Positions 38,401-51,116 of a DNA stretch of 64,000 nt are shown one piece after another. Position numbers and translations under genes: made by a program. The stretch covers positions 13,392,001 through 13,456,000 of the forward strand of contig OZ024753.1 of the NCBI GenBank assembly GCA_964016885.1. Direction: 5' to 3'. How positions within the stretch are numbered: the first letter of the stretch is position 1; each line of letters begins with the position of its first letter. The notes beneath the pieces were generated by a model that saw nothing but the letters and a program-made list of their open reading frames with translations, was not told where the DNA came from and did not search any database. This DNA is from Eledone cirrhosa (taxonomy: Eukaryota).

Positions 38401-41400
38401 GTTTCGTAGCGTGAAGCAACTGACAAACTGAGAGTACATGACTTCCCCCTGGACAGGACACCAGTCCATTGCAGGGTTGAAGTCTGTCTCGAGCCCAGAG
38501 GCTTGTCAGGCCAGTGTTTATCCCGGTTTCGTAGCGTGAAGCAACTGACAAACTGAGAGTACATGACTTCCCCCTGGACAAGACACCAGTCCATTGCAGG
38601 GTTAAAGTCTGTCTCGAGCTTAGAGGCTTGTCAGGCCAGTGTTTATCCCGGTTTCATGGCGTGAAGCAACTGACAAACTGAGAGTACATGACTTAACCCT
38701 GGACAGGACACCAGTCCATTGCGGGGTTAAAGTCTGTCTCGAGCCCAGAGGCTTTTCAGGCCAGTGTTTACCCCGGTTTCGTAGCGTGAAGCAACTGACA
38801 AACTGAGAGTACATGACTTCCCCCTGGACAGGACACCAGTCCTTTGCAGGGTTGAAGTCTGTCTCGAGCCCAGAGGCTTGTCAGGCCAGTGTTTATCCCG
38901 GTTTTGTAGCGTGAAGCAACTGACAGAGTACATGACTTCCCCCTGGACAGGACACCAGTCCTTTGCAGGGTTGAAGTCTGTCTCGAGCCCAGAGGCTTGT
39001 CAGGCCAGTGTTTATCCCGGTTTTGTAGCGTGAAGCAACTGACAGAGTACATGACTTCCCCCTGGACAGGACACCAGTCCTTTGCAGGGTTGAAGTCTGT
39101 CTCGAGCCCAGAGGCTTGTCAGGCCAGTGTTTATCCTGGTTTCGTAGCGTGAAGCAACTGACAAACTGAGAGTACATGACTTCCCCCTGGACAGGACACC
39201 AGTCCATTGCAGGGTTGAAGTCTGTCTCGAGCCCAGAGGCTTGTCAGGCCAGTGTTTATCCCGGTTTCGTAGCGTGAAGCAACTGACAAACTGAGAGTAC
39301 ATGACTTCCCCCTGGACAGGACACCAGTCCATTGCAGGGTTAAAGTCTGTCTCGAGCTTAGAGGCTTGTCAGGCCAGTGTTTATCCCGGTTTCATGGCGT
39401 GAAGCAACTGACAAACTGAGAGTACATGACTTAACCCTGGACAGGACACCAGTCCATTGCAGGGTTAAAGTCTGTCTCGAGCCCAGAGGCTTGTCAGGCC
39501 AGTGTTTATCCCGGTTTCGTAGCGTGAAGCAACTGACAAACTGAGACTACATGACTCAACCCTGGACAGGACACCAGTCCTTTGCAGGGTTGAAGTCTGT
39601 CTCGAGCCCAGAGGCTTTTCAGGCCAGTGTTTACCCCGGTTTCGTAGCGTGAAGCAACTGACAAACTGAGAGTACATGACTTCCCCCTGGACAGGACACC
39701 AGTCCTTTGCAGGGTTGAAGTCTGTCTCGAGCCCAGAGGCTTGTCAGGCCAGTGTTTATCCTGGTTTCGTAGCGTGAAGCAACTGACAAACTGAGAGTAC
39801 ATGACTTCCCCCTGGACAGGACACCAGTCCATTGCAGGGTTGAAGTCTGTCTCGAGCCCAGAGGCTTGTCAGGCCAGTGTTTATCCCGGTTTCGTAGCGT
39901 GAAGCAACTGACAAACTGAGAGTACATGACTTCCCCCTGGACAGGACACCAGTCCATTGCAGGGTTAAAGTCTGTCTCGAGCTTAGAGGCTTGTCAGGCC
40001 AGTGTTTATCCCGGTTTCATGGCGTGAAGCAACTGACAAACTGAGAGTACATGACTTAACCCTGGACAGGACACCAGTCCATTGCAGGGTTAAAGTCTGT
40101 CTCGAGCCCAGAGGCTTGTCAGGCCAGTGTTTATCCCGGTTTCGTAGCGTGAAGCAACTGACAAACTGAGAGTACATGACTTCCCCCTGGACAGGACACC
40201 AGTCCTTTGCAGGGTTGAAGTCTGTCTCGAGCCCAGAGGCTTGTCAGGCCAGTGTTTATCCTGGTTTCGTAGCGTGAAGCAACTGACAAACTGAGAGTAC
40301 ATGACTTCCCCCTGGACAGGACACCAGTCCATTGCAGGGTTGAAGTCTGTCTCGAGCCCAGAGGCTTGTCAGGCCAGTGTTTATCCCGGTTTCGTAGCGT
40401 GAAGCAACTGACAAACTGAGAGTACATGACTTCCCCCTGGACAAGACACCAGTCCATTGCAGGGTTAAAGTCTGTCTCGAGCTTAGAGGCTTGTCAGGCC
40501 AGTGTTTATCCCGGTTTCATGGCGTGAAGCAACTGACAAACTGAGAGTACATGACTTAACCCTGGACAGGACACCAGTCCATTGCGGGGTTAAAGTCTGT
40601 CTCGAGCCCAGAGGCTTGTCAGGCCAGTGTTTATCCCGGTTTCGTAGCGTGAAGCAACTGACAAACTGAGAGTACATGACTTAACCCTGGACAGGACACC
40701 AGTCCATTGCAGGGTTGAAGTCTGTCTCGAGCCCAGAGGCTTGTCAGGCCAGTGTTTATCCCGGTTTTGTAGCGTGAAGCAACTGACAGAGTACATGACT
40801 TCCCCCTGGATAGGACACCAGTCCTTTGCAGGGTTGAAGTCTGTCTCGAGCCCAGAGGCTTGTCAGGCCAGTGTTTATCCCGGTTTCATGGCGTGAAGCA
40901 ACTGAGAGTACATGACTTCCTCCTGGATAGGACACCAGTCCATTGCAGGGTTGAAGTCTGTCTCGAGCCCAGAGGCTTGTCAGGCCAGTGTTTATCCCGG
41001 TTTTGTAGCGTGAAGCAACTGACAGAGTACATGACTTCCCCCTGGATAGGACACCAGTCCTTTGCAGGGTTGAAGTCTGTCTCGAGCCCAGAGGCTTGTC
41101 AGGCCAGTGTTTATCCCGGTTTTGTAGCGTGAAGCAACTGACAGAGTACATGACTTCCCCCTGGACAGGACACCAGTCCTTTGCAGGGTTGAAGTCTGTC
41201 TCGAGCCCAGAGGCTTGTCAGGCCAGTGTTTATCCCGGTTTTGTAGCGTGAAGCAACTGACAGAGTACATGACTTCCCCCTGGACAGGACACCAGTCCTT
41301 TGCAGGGTTGAAGTCTGTCTCGAGCCCAGAGGCTTGTCAGGCCAGTGTTTATCCTGGTTTCGTAGCGTGAAGCAACTGACAAACTGAGAGTACATGACTT

Positions 41401-42750
41401 CCCCCTGGACAGGACACCAGTCCATTGCAGGGTTGAAGTCTGTCTCGAGCCCAGAGGCTTGTCAGGCCAGTGTTTATCCCGGTTTCGTAGCGTGAAGCAA
41501 CTGACAAACTGAGAGTACATGACTTCCCCCTGGACAGGACACCAGTCCATTGCAGGGTTAAAGTCTGTCTCGAGCTTAGAGGCTTGTCAGGCCAGTGTTT
41601 ATCCCGGTTTCATGGCGTGAAGCAACTGACAAACTGAGAGTACATGACTTAACCCTGGACAGGACACCAGTCCATTGCAGGGTTAAAGTCTGTCTCGAGC
41701 CCAGAGGCTTGTCAGGCCAGTGTTTATCCCGGTTTCGTAGCGTGAAGCAACTGACAAACTGAGACTACATGACTCAACCCTGGACAGGACACCAGTCCTT
41801 TGCAGGGTTGAAGTCTGTCTCGAGCCCAGAGGCTTTTCAGGCCAGTGTTTACCCCGGTTTCGTAGCGTGAAGCAACTGACAAACTGAGAGTACATGACTT
41901 CCCCCTGGACAGGACACCAGTCCTTTGCAGGGTTGAAGTCTGTCTCGAGCCCAGAGGCTTGTCAGGCCAGTGTTTATCCTGGTTTCGTAGCGTGAAGCAA
42001 CTGACAAACTGAGAGTACATGACTTCCCCCTGGACAGGACACCAGTCCATTGCAGGGTTGAAGTCTGTCTCGAGCCCAGAGGCTTGTCAGGCCAGTGTTT
42101 ATCCCGGTTTCGTAGCGTGAAGCAACTGACAAACTGAGAGTACATGACTTCCCCCTGGACAAGACACCAGTCCATTGCAGGGTTAAAGTCTGTCTCGAGC
42201 TTAGAGGCTTGTCAGGCCAGTGTTTATCCCGGTTTCATGGCGTGAAGCAACTGACAAACTGAGAGTACATGACTTAACCCTGGACAGGACACCAGTCCAT
42301 TGCGGGGTTAAAGTCTGTCTCGAGCCCAGAGGCTTGTCAGGCCAGTGTTTATCCCGGTTTTGTAGCGTGAAGCAACTGACAGAGTACATGACTTCCCCCT
42401 GGATAGGACACCAGTCCTTTGCAGGGTTGAAGTCTGTCTCGAGCCCAGAGGCTTGTCAGCCAGTGTTTATCCCGGTTTCATGGCGTGAAGCAACTGAGAG
42501 TACATGACTTCCTCCTGGATAGGACACCAGTCCATTGCAGGGTTGAAGTCTGTCTCGAGCCCAGAGGCTTGTCAGGCCAGTGTTTATCCCGGTTTCATGG
42601 CGTGAAGCAACTGAGAGTACATGACTTCCCCTTGGACAGGATGCCAGTCCATTGCAGGGTTAAAGTATGTCTCAATCCCGAAGTCCGGTGCTTATCCCAG
42701 TTTAGTGAAGTAACTGAGAGTACATGACTACCCCATGGACATGACACCAG
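29478..42750 (-). repeat. ~13.3-kb satellite of 125/119/117-bp monomers (~108 copies) derived from a SINE 3' half, with higher-order repeats
   Basis: Monomer ATCCCGGTTTCGTAGCGTGAAGCAACTGACAAACTGAGAGTACATGACTTCCCCCTGGACAGGACACCAGTCC(T/A)TTGCAGGGTTGAAGTCTGTCTCGAGCCCAGAGGCTTGTCAGGCCAGTGTTT. Identical ORF-track entries recur at offsets 625, 2206 and 3212. Confidence 0.98.
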
Positions 42751-42922
42751 TCCATCGCAGAGTTAAACCCTCAGCTATTGCTGGTACTCATTTTCAGCTG
42801 AATATACTGAAGCAAAGTGAAATAGTGTTTTGCTCAAGAACACAACACGCAACCCAATCAAGGAATTGACCGCACAACATTATAATCATAAGTCCAATAC
42901 CTTTATTACTAGGCCATACCCC
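42750..42922 (-). mobile_element. tRNA-like head of the SINE that seeded the satellite
   Basis: Array runs into GCTATTGCTGGTACTCATTTTCAGCTGA...TGCTCAAGAACACAAC...ACTAGGCCATAC (minus strand TGGCCTAGT A-box-like). Confidence 0.7.
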
Positions 42923-43599
42923 CTCCAGATGAAACCAAAGAAATAATATTTCTATTGGTCATTCCATTGCTGACATTATCTAATTTTAGACATTTTGATT
43001 TTTATTTTCTTCTCTTTTTTCACTTAACCAATATTCCAAGCCAATTATGGAATCATTATAAAGGTTGGCAAAATCGTTAGAGCATCAGACAAAATACAAT
43101 ACAGGGTTTTAGTTAGGACTTCTGTTCCGATTTCAATTCCTCCTGAGGTCAACCTTCAGTGTTTCTGGGTTGATCAAATACATTACAAGTCAAATATAAG
43201 GATCAATTTAATGTCAGTCATAACTCCTGGCAGATGAAGAGAGCCAATACTATCTGTTGGTCGCAACTCCTGGTAGAGAAAAGGAAAGATGCTAATCAGC
43301 CAATTTTCCATTGGCTTTTTCCATTGCTGGTACTATCTGCTGGTTGCAACTCCTGGCAAGGTGCCACATGAAATAAAGTATTTTGCTCAAGAAGCCAACA
43401 TACCATGAGGTCTGAGAATTGAAACAAAGACTTTATGATTACGAGTCCAACACACTGATTACTAAGCCTTTACAAATATGAAATGGTGGGACGAGTGGGG
43501 GAGGGGAGCAAAAATAAGTATCTCTGAATATCTTATCAATCTGATTTCAATAACAGAATCACATATGAACTATAATAAAAATCAATATTTACAATTACG

Positions 43600-43983
43600 A
43601 GTGACACGACAAAAAACACCTAGCCCAACATGTAAGGTGGTTGTAGTGGTGTCATGACAAAAAGCACCAGGTCCACCCTGTAAGGTGGTCATGTTGGTCA
43701 TGACAAAAAACACCCAGTCCACACTGTAAAGTGATCATGTTGATGACACAACAAAAAGCACTTGGTCCACCTTGTAAAGTGGTTGTGTTGGTGCTATAAA
43801 AAGCATCCATTCCACGCTGTAAATATGGTTGGCATTAGGAAAAGCATCCGGCTGTAGAAACTAGCCAGAAACAGTAGTGTATGAGCAAGACACAGTCACC
43901 TGCTCTGACTTGTCTTACAATGGGGCAACTCGGCTAACCCATGCTAGTGTGGAAAAATGGACGTTAAATGATGATGATGATGC
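43600..43983 (+). mobile_element. SINE-A-type body and (ATG)n tail
   Basis: About 5 diverged 48-bp units, then GCTAACCCATGCTAGTGTGGAAAAATGGACGTTAAATGATGATG. Confidence 0.7.
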
Positions 43984-44814
43984 TTTGAGTGGATTGACAA
44001 AGTTCTAATGTCATATTTTTCATTCAAGGAGGGATATTATAACACAACTAGATTAGAAAATTAAAATTAATAGAATTTGGGGGTTTTAATTTTTAAAAAT
44101 GACCAAGAATGACTAGCTTTGAAATGATTGCTAAGTGTAGTATAGGGGGAGCAACAGTTGTCAGCTAAAGGGTGGAATTCAGGAGGAGAAAACTCTAGGT
44201 TACTAGGATATTACATCCATCAAGGAGCACAAAATTCTTGGAGTCATAGAGAAGCCTTCAGGATACATCATCTTTAGTATTTTAAACCTAGTGGAGACCG
44301 TTTAGCTCAAGGTTGGAACACAATTTCTTCTAGAGAAAGAAAAAACTGGATGAGAGGACACTTTAGTTGCATTGAGATAACAACACCATTTCTAGTGTTA
44401 GTGGCACAATAAAACACACCCAGTACACTCTGTAAACCATGCATAATGCCCTACATGTAGTGAAATCAGAAGGTTAAGCCATGTATAATACTATACATGT
44501 AAACCTCCTTAGTACTGGTGCATGATAAAATGCACTCAGTACACTCTGGAGTGTGTGGGATTGTATGTAAGCGAGATGCAGCCCTAAACACTCACTAGGT
44601 GCTGACCTGGTCTGTGACGATCTATTCATCCCTTGCTAACAAGGAAAACAAACATTAAATGAAGATAAGAGGGAGGAAGAATCGAGTACTGGACTGGTAC
44701 CATATTTACAGGATATGAACTGAAAGCGCAGGATGTTGGGACAAATACCACAAACAATTCTATCTGGTGTTTCAACGACTCAGCTTTCAACCTAAAATGA
44801 CACACACTTCAGTG

Positions 44815-44975
44815 TAATGTCATGTTACACATGTAGTAATGTCAGGAATTTAAACCATGTATAATGCCCTACATGTAGTAAAGTCAGGATGTTAAACCAT
44901 GTATAATGCCCTACATGTAGTAAAGTCAGGATGTTAAACCATGTATAATGTCACACATGTAGTGAAATTTAACCA
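44815..44975. repeat. 43-bp short tandem repeat (3-4 copies)
   Basis: TAAACCATGTATAATGCCCTACATGTAGTAAAGTCAGGATGT; related units at 44433-44500. Confidence 0.8.
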
Positions 44976-45051
44976 TTTAGATTTCCTGAATAATCGAGAT
45001 GCTTTAATAAATTCATGTAGAGCAGTTAATAAATTCAGTGGAGAGGTGTAG

Positions 45052-45091
<40 letters not shown>

Positions 45092-45371
45092 GTGTGTGTG
45101 TGTATCTATCTATCCATATATGATTCTTTTTTTCAAATACCACTTTGGAAGAAGAATCAGGATGGAGAGAGAGGTGCTGTACCCCAGCAAGTTTTATGAA
45201 AGGTGGATGAAAGTGGCAAGAATGGCCCGAGTGAATGGGCCTTCTCTCTATATCAGCCTGTAGGTTGAAGAAAAGGAGGAGAGGAAAGGAGTACAAACTC
45301 TTCGTACTCCTGGAGGTGAGGGTTGCACATTTTTGCCCATATGAACTGTCTCCCCATATTGGGGGGAAAAG

Positions 45372-45415
<44 letters not shown>

Positions 45416-45534
45416 GACTAATTTTTAAATTGCATTTGTGATAATATTTTTACACGTTTTTATTATTGTATGTAAACTCCCCCCTTTGTATTTGTCCCCT
45501 TCTTTTGTGCCCCTGTGGCTAATAAAGAAACATA

Positions 45535-45567
<33 letters not shown>

Positions 45568-45573
<6 letters not shown>

Positions 45574-45840
45574 CAAGGACGATTTGTTATGCCTTCATTA
45601 CGTTTATTGATTGGTGATGTACATTTCGCTATTGGACCAGATCGATACAGATCGAACCGTGAGCTGATCAATAGCGAAACGTGCGTCACCAATCAATGAA
45701 TGTAATGAAGGCATAAAAATCGTCCTTGTATTATTATATTTACACTCTATTTAGCTTTACACCTCGCTACAGACGTGAATCTAAACATCGAGTGTTCACC
45801 TGGGTGAACCTACAGAAACTTTGCGTTACACCCCCTGGAG
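45568..45840 (+). mobile_element. (TA)n-flanked fold-back element with a hammerhead 3' half
   Basis: Imperfect palindrome 45568-45734; right arm has GAAACGTGCGTC^ACCAATC (GAAA, minimal stem III, GUC); unique tail runs to the (TA)n at 45841. Confidence 0.6.
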
Positions 45841-45871
45841 ATATATATATATATATATATGTATATATATT

Positions 45872-46240
45872 AGCATACAGAGAGAAGTACACACAGAGAT
45901 ATGTGTTAAATCATAGGGGATCAAAAACCACCAGATTGACAAACATTAACTACGGAAGAAATGGTGAATACAAATCAATTAAAAAGATATATTGAAGTGT
46001 CCAAACCATCTAATTATAACCATATAATATATTTTTTTAAATTGATTTGTATTCACCATTCCTTCTGTAGTTAATGTTTGTCAATCTGGTGGGTTTTGAT
46101 CCCTTATGATTTAACACATATCTCTGTGTACTTCTCTCTATATGCTGATTTATAAAGAGCCCGGAATCTATTCCTTGAGCTCATTAAATTATGGGGGATT
46201 AATGAGAGTCTTTAACTCCATTTTTTTTATTTGATATATA
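45872..46240. mobile_element. (TA)n-flanked fold-back element, ~115-bp arms
   Basis: 45872-45986 is the reverse complement of about 46033-46147 with scattered mismatches; tail ends at a short TA run. Confidence 0.65.
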
Positions 46241-46330
46241 TTATAAAGCAATATTAACTTTTTTTAATACTAATCTGCTTGAAACCATCCCTGCTTCCAT
46301 AATATATAGCTGTTTATTTTAAAGTGTTTA

Positions 46331-46667
46331 TGGAGGCACATGGCTTAGTGGTTAGAGCATTGGCCTTGCAATCGAAAGGTTGTGAGTTCAATTCTCAGAC
46401 CGGGTGATGTGTTCTTTCCTTGAGCAAGACACTTTATTTCACATTGCTCCAGTTTACTCAGCTGTAGAAATGAGATGATAGGGACTGGGGTCCCTATCAT
46501 TCCACTGCAAAGTGGTCGTGGAGGTGCCACGGCAAAAAAGCACTCAGCACTCACTGTAAATGAGGTTGGTGTTAGGAAGGGCATCCAGCTGTAGAAATCA
46601 AGCCAGAATCAGTTCCCATCCCGCCCTTGCAAGCAGGGAAAAGCGGACGTAAAATGATGATGATGAT
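46331..46667 (+). mobile_element. SINE family A, full length
   Basis: A/B-box head and (ATG)n tail; matches 6265-6660. Confidence 0.88.
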
Positions 46668-47248
46668 ATCTATCTAAAAATTTTCCCTCATAATTTGATG
46701 TAAGAACCTTTCTTAAGTTATGTTCCAAACATTAGCTTAACACTTTTGATACCTGAAACCGCCCTTGGTTCTACAATACAAAGCTACATATTTTCAAGTG
46801 TTTTCATCAATCTAAAACCCCACCATCATAATTTTATGTCAAAACTTTTGTTATGTTCCAAACACCAGCTTAATAATGAAAACATTAGTTATATTACTAA
46901 ATCTCTCCTATTATTTGAAAATCCTGGCTAGTTTCCTTTATTAGAAATATGATAAGAAAGTTAAATTGTTGATATTATTCTAAACACCTTCCATCATAAT
47001 TTTATGTAAGCACCGAGCAATGAAGCTGATATTCAGATTAGCATCTGATAGGCACCTGTCCAAAAAGAAAGAAGGAATATAAGATGGCGATGGGGGGAGG
47101 GGGGGCCAGGGATTTGGGGGGTAAAAATAGAAATTATTAAAACAACTTTATAAAGAAAAACTATAGAACATTAACAAATCAAATGAAAAATAGACTTTTT
47201 TCGGTTTTTTTTTTACGTTTTTTTTTTTGTTCTGAGAATGTGTTTGAG

Positions 47249-47863
47249 TTATGAGGGATTCTCAATAAGGTGTCCGTTTATGCAGAACAACTGCAAAGAA
47301 TAAAGAATTCCTGTTTTAAAACCCTGAATGGTTTCTTTGTGGTTGACAGGAGAGTGACAAGCGGGACAACACACAAACGACAGGAGCGTGTTAAGACAGT
47401 CCATATTTACGGTGATGCCGCCTTTCTCTTTAGCTATTAGTTCTAGCGGGGTCAATATACTACTGGAACCGGTGCCAGAACCTGGTGTCAACATCGACGA
47501 TGGCACCTCGTTATTCTGTGGTAACAGTTCAAACGGTAATAACGACTGTGCAGACTGTTGCTGGTGTAGTGTGATCCGATTGAGGGCTTCCTGTTGGTTT
47601 AACTGGTGGATTTGCTGCTTGATAGCTGTGATGTTTGATAAATTCATGTCGTTGTTGTTGTTGGCAGAAATAACGTTGAGGTTTGCTGTGGAACTGTTTG
47701 AAGGGACAGTTGTGCTACTGAAGCCTCTTAACATCGACATGGAGTTGACTGAAGCAGAAGTTACAGACACCGGAGGTTCTAAAAAGTTATTCTCGTCACT
47801 TTCTTCTTTAATGATTGTCATCACACTCGGGTCACTCTTCAGAGAAAATGCCTGCATCACGTG
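47249..47863 (-). CDS. Last exon of BEN-domain gene: N/Q/S-rich linker plus C-terminal Cys/His motif
   Basis: Acceptor TTTCAG, phase 0; 204 codons HVMQAFSLK...VNMDCLNTLLSFVCCPACHSP...GILYSLQLFCINGHLIENPS*. Confidence 0.85.
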   Translation of the reverse strand, partial: HVMQAFSLKSDPSVMTIIKEESDENNFLEPPVSVTSASVNSMSMLRGFSSTTVPSNSSTANLNVISANNNNDMNLSNITAIKQQIHQLNQQEALNRITLHQQQSAQSLLPFELLPQNNEVPSSMLTPGSGTGSSSILTPLELIAKEKGGITVNMDCLNTLLSFVCCPACHSPVNHKETIQGFKTGILYSLQLFCINGHLIENPS

Positions 47864-47962
47864 CTGAAACAAAATTAAAAATTAAATAAATAAACAAGAC
47901 AAAATGGTTAACTGCGGAGAAGGAAGACTTTTCATTGACAGACAAGTAAAACATTAGAAATA

Positions 47963-48304
47963 TCATCAACATCATTTTACGTCTGCTTTTCCCTGCTTGC
48001 AAGGGAACTGATTCTGGCTTGATTTCTACAGCTGGATGCCCTTCCTAACACCAACCTCATTTACAGTGAAGGCTGGGTGCTTATTTTTTGTGGCGCCTAC
48101 ACGTCCACTTTATAGTGTGGGCTGGGTGCTTTTTTGCCGTGACACCTCCAGTCCTATCATCTCATTTCTACAGCTGAGTAAACTGGAGCAATGTAAAATA
48201 AAATGTCTTGCTCAAAGAAACAACACATCACCCGGTCTGAGAATTGAACTCACAACCTATCGATTGCAAGGCCAATGCTCTAACCACTAAGCCATGTGCC
48301 TCCA
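47963..48304 (-). mobile_element. SINE family A
   Basis: Reverse complement of the family A consensus. Confidence 0.85.
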
Positions 48305-49299
48305 TTCTAAACAACAATTACAAATTAAAATGGAAAAAGAAAATGAAATTTACAGTTCAACACCTATAAAGGTTTAGCTGGCCTTCTACAAGGGTGTATT
48401 TCATAGGTTTGTTGGGTGTTTTAATGATAGAGTCCCTAGTCATATCATGTGGTTAAAGCTCAACACCTATAAAGGTTTAGCTGGCTTCCTATAAGGTTGT
48501 ATCACATAGGAGATTTGTTGGGTGTTTTAATGATAGGCCCCCATCTTATAATTCAGGATTATAGCTTGTCATGCCACGAGGCACATTTGGTTACCATATT
48601 TGTAATACACGGACTACAATAAACGCAAGTTATTTTGATACTCGTTTTGAGAAACTCTTCATGCCTCAGTTATTACTTCAAATGTAGTGAGAGATAATTC
48701 TCACAAAAAGAAATTGTATGAAAAATTCTACTATATCTTATTTCTATTAAATTTAGTAGTTGGGATCCGGTGGTGCTTACTGGAGTAAGTAACCCTGGGA
48801 CCAACTCACTAAAATGTTGTGGCTACACCTCACACCTATGCAGATTTAGCTGGAAATTCTTAACCCTTAACTTAAAATGTAGATAAAAGTTGTAATATTT
48901 CATGAAGTAATTTCAAGCTTGGGCTACTACACTCTCTGATCTACACCGATGGCTTTAACTTCTAACATGGGAGATAACTCATGCTGCTCTAACTAGCTAT
49001 TATGACATGTTCACTCAACACCTACGGTATTCAATTACTCTTTTACTTGTTTCAGTCTTTTCTAACATAAACATTAAGCCATGCGTCTTCACACACACAT
49101 ATTTAAAATAGGGGGTGCACAGAACAAAGACAATGGAAAAAACAACGGAAAGACAGACAGTCCTATCTCCTCAGTCAACCTCTGGAAATCACTAGTTTTG
49201 GTAGATTAAGCAAACTAACAGGTAGGGAAAAATACATATGCAGTAGATGTACAGGGAAATTTGACAGTAGAAGTCGCAGTGGTAGACGCATTTTTCAAA

Positions 49300-49936
49300 T
49301 GCAGGTGGGTTCTATAGAAGTGGCTGATAGCTTCCAGAACCTAGGTGATCAGATTAGCATGGGGGGGGGGGGGGGGGGGGTTCCGAGGGCATAGTATCTA
49401 GAATAAGGACAAGTTGGAAGAAGTTTAGGAAGCTGCTTCCTCTGCTGACAAAGAAGAAAGAAGGATTTCTCCCTGCGTACGAAAGGCCGGTTATATGATG
49501 CCGAGGCGCGATGCTGCATGGTAGTGAGACATGGGCAACAACTGCAGAGGATATGCGACGGCTGGAGAGAAATGAAGCAAGCATGCTCCGTTGGATGTGC
49601 AATGTTAATGTACGTGAACGGCCGAGCATGGATGTGTTGAGAGAGAAACTGTGTCTGAGAGGGATAAGTTGTAGTGTGCGGGAGAGAAGACTGCGATGGT
49701 ATGGACATGTGATGATGCGCATGGAGGATGATCGCTGGGTAAAGAAGTGCCAAGAAATGCCAGTAGAAGGAAGACCACAAATAAACATGGGCGGAGGTGG
49801 TGAAAGCAGACTTTAGATTGCTGAAACTCATGGTGGAGATGAGGAAGGACCGTGACAAGTGGAGAGATGCTGTGCTGAATAGGACCTGTCCCACCCTTGC
49901 AAGCAGGGAAAAGCAGACATAAAATGATGATGATGA
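49300..49936 (+). mobile_element. RTE LINE 3' fragment
   Basis: MLHGSETWATTAEDMRRLERNEASMLRWMCNV...RERRLRWYGHVM; (ATG)n tail. Confidence 0.88.
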
Positions 49937-49974
49937 AGGTTGATACCTTTCAGTCCAATGCACATTAGGACATA

Positions 49975-50157
49975 GTTGTTTCTACTTTAGGCACAAGGCC
50001 AGCAATTACTCAGTGCATTACTGGTACTTTATTTTATTGACTCCGTAAGGATGAAAGGCAAAGTTAACCTCGGTGGGATTTGAACTCGGAATGGCAAGGG
50101 CCGTAACTCTATGCGTCAAAGCACGGCGTCCGACCCTCTACTGATACTGCCAATCCA
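49975..50157 (-). mobile_element. SINE family B
   Basis: Reverse complement of 28883-29068. Confidence 0.8.
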
Positions 50158-50229
50158 CATAATAAAACAGGTATAGACAAGGTGAGCCTTTAGGCAAATA
50201 ACACAAATAAGATTTAAAAAAGTATTGTA

Positions 50230-50570
50230 TGGAGGCACATGGCTTAGTGGTTAGAGCATTGGCCTTGCAATCGTAAGGTTGTGAGTTCAATTCTCAGACC
50301 AGGTGATGTGTTGTTTCCTTGAGCAAGACACTTTATTTCACATTGCTCCAGTTTACTCAGCTGTAGAAATGAGATGATAGAGACTGGGGTCCCTATCATT
50401 CCACTGCAAAGTGGTCGTGGAGGTGCCATGGCAAAAAAAGCACCCAGCACTCACTGTAAATGAGGTTGGTGTTAGGAAGAGCATTCAGCTGTAGATATGA
50501 AGCCAAAATCAGTTCCCGTCCCACCCTTGCAGGCAGGGAAAAGTGGACGTAAAATGATGATGATGATGAT
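50230..50570 (+). mobile_element. SINE family A, full length
   Basis: Family A consensus. Confidence 0.87.
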
Positions 50571-50792
50571 TGCAAGTGCATCAAATAACAAAGAAGTGAG
50601 CCACACAGGATGTGGTTTTTCAAAAGGCAGGCCATACTACTAAAAAATTCAAAGCAATTTTGAAATTAGTCGTGTCATCCAGAAAGCCAAACAAGCCACA
50701 GTTTTCCCATGGTTTATGGTACCTTTAATAGTGGACAGGCTGCTGCGGAAATCTGCTGGATTAAAGACTAAAATGTTTAATGTTTTGCAGTC

Positions 50793-50950
50793 CTCACATC
50801 CATACACACACACACATACATCCACTCACAAACACACACTTGCATACACTCAGATCCACACACATCTACATACATCTACACACACATACACATCCATCCA
50901 CCCACACACACACCAACATACACACATCCACACACTCACATACAAACATT
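50793..50950. repeat. Degenerate (CA)n microsatellite
   Basis: CA/CACATA-rich tract. Confidence 0.85.
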
Positions 50951-51015
50951 AACACAGAATGTTGTTTCATGTGATGGAGGATATTAAAAGTTAATAAAAT
51001 ACAATGAAATGTTAC

Positions 51016-51116
51016 CTCTTTCTTAGCTCTCCATTTATGATATGAAAGTTTTCTATACATTGCTTGACGTAAAGTAACTGGAGAACAGCTACCATCTTGA
51101 TTCTTTTGGACCCATA
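51016..51116 (-). CDS. BEN-domain gene exon 4
   Basis: TTTTTCAG|(L)WVQKNQDGSCSPVTLRQAMYRKLSYHKWRAKKE|GTAAC; phase 1 in and phase 0 out, matching both neighbours; resembles the basic last helix of a BEN domain. Confidence 0.8.

Noticed and set aside
29519-42727. Dozens of 60-130 aa ORFs
   Set aside because: Translations of the 125-bp satellite; the unit is not a multiple of 3 and derives from a SINE.
47388-47867. 159-aa plus-strand ORF
   Set aside because: Antisense shadow of the BEN-gene last exon.
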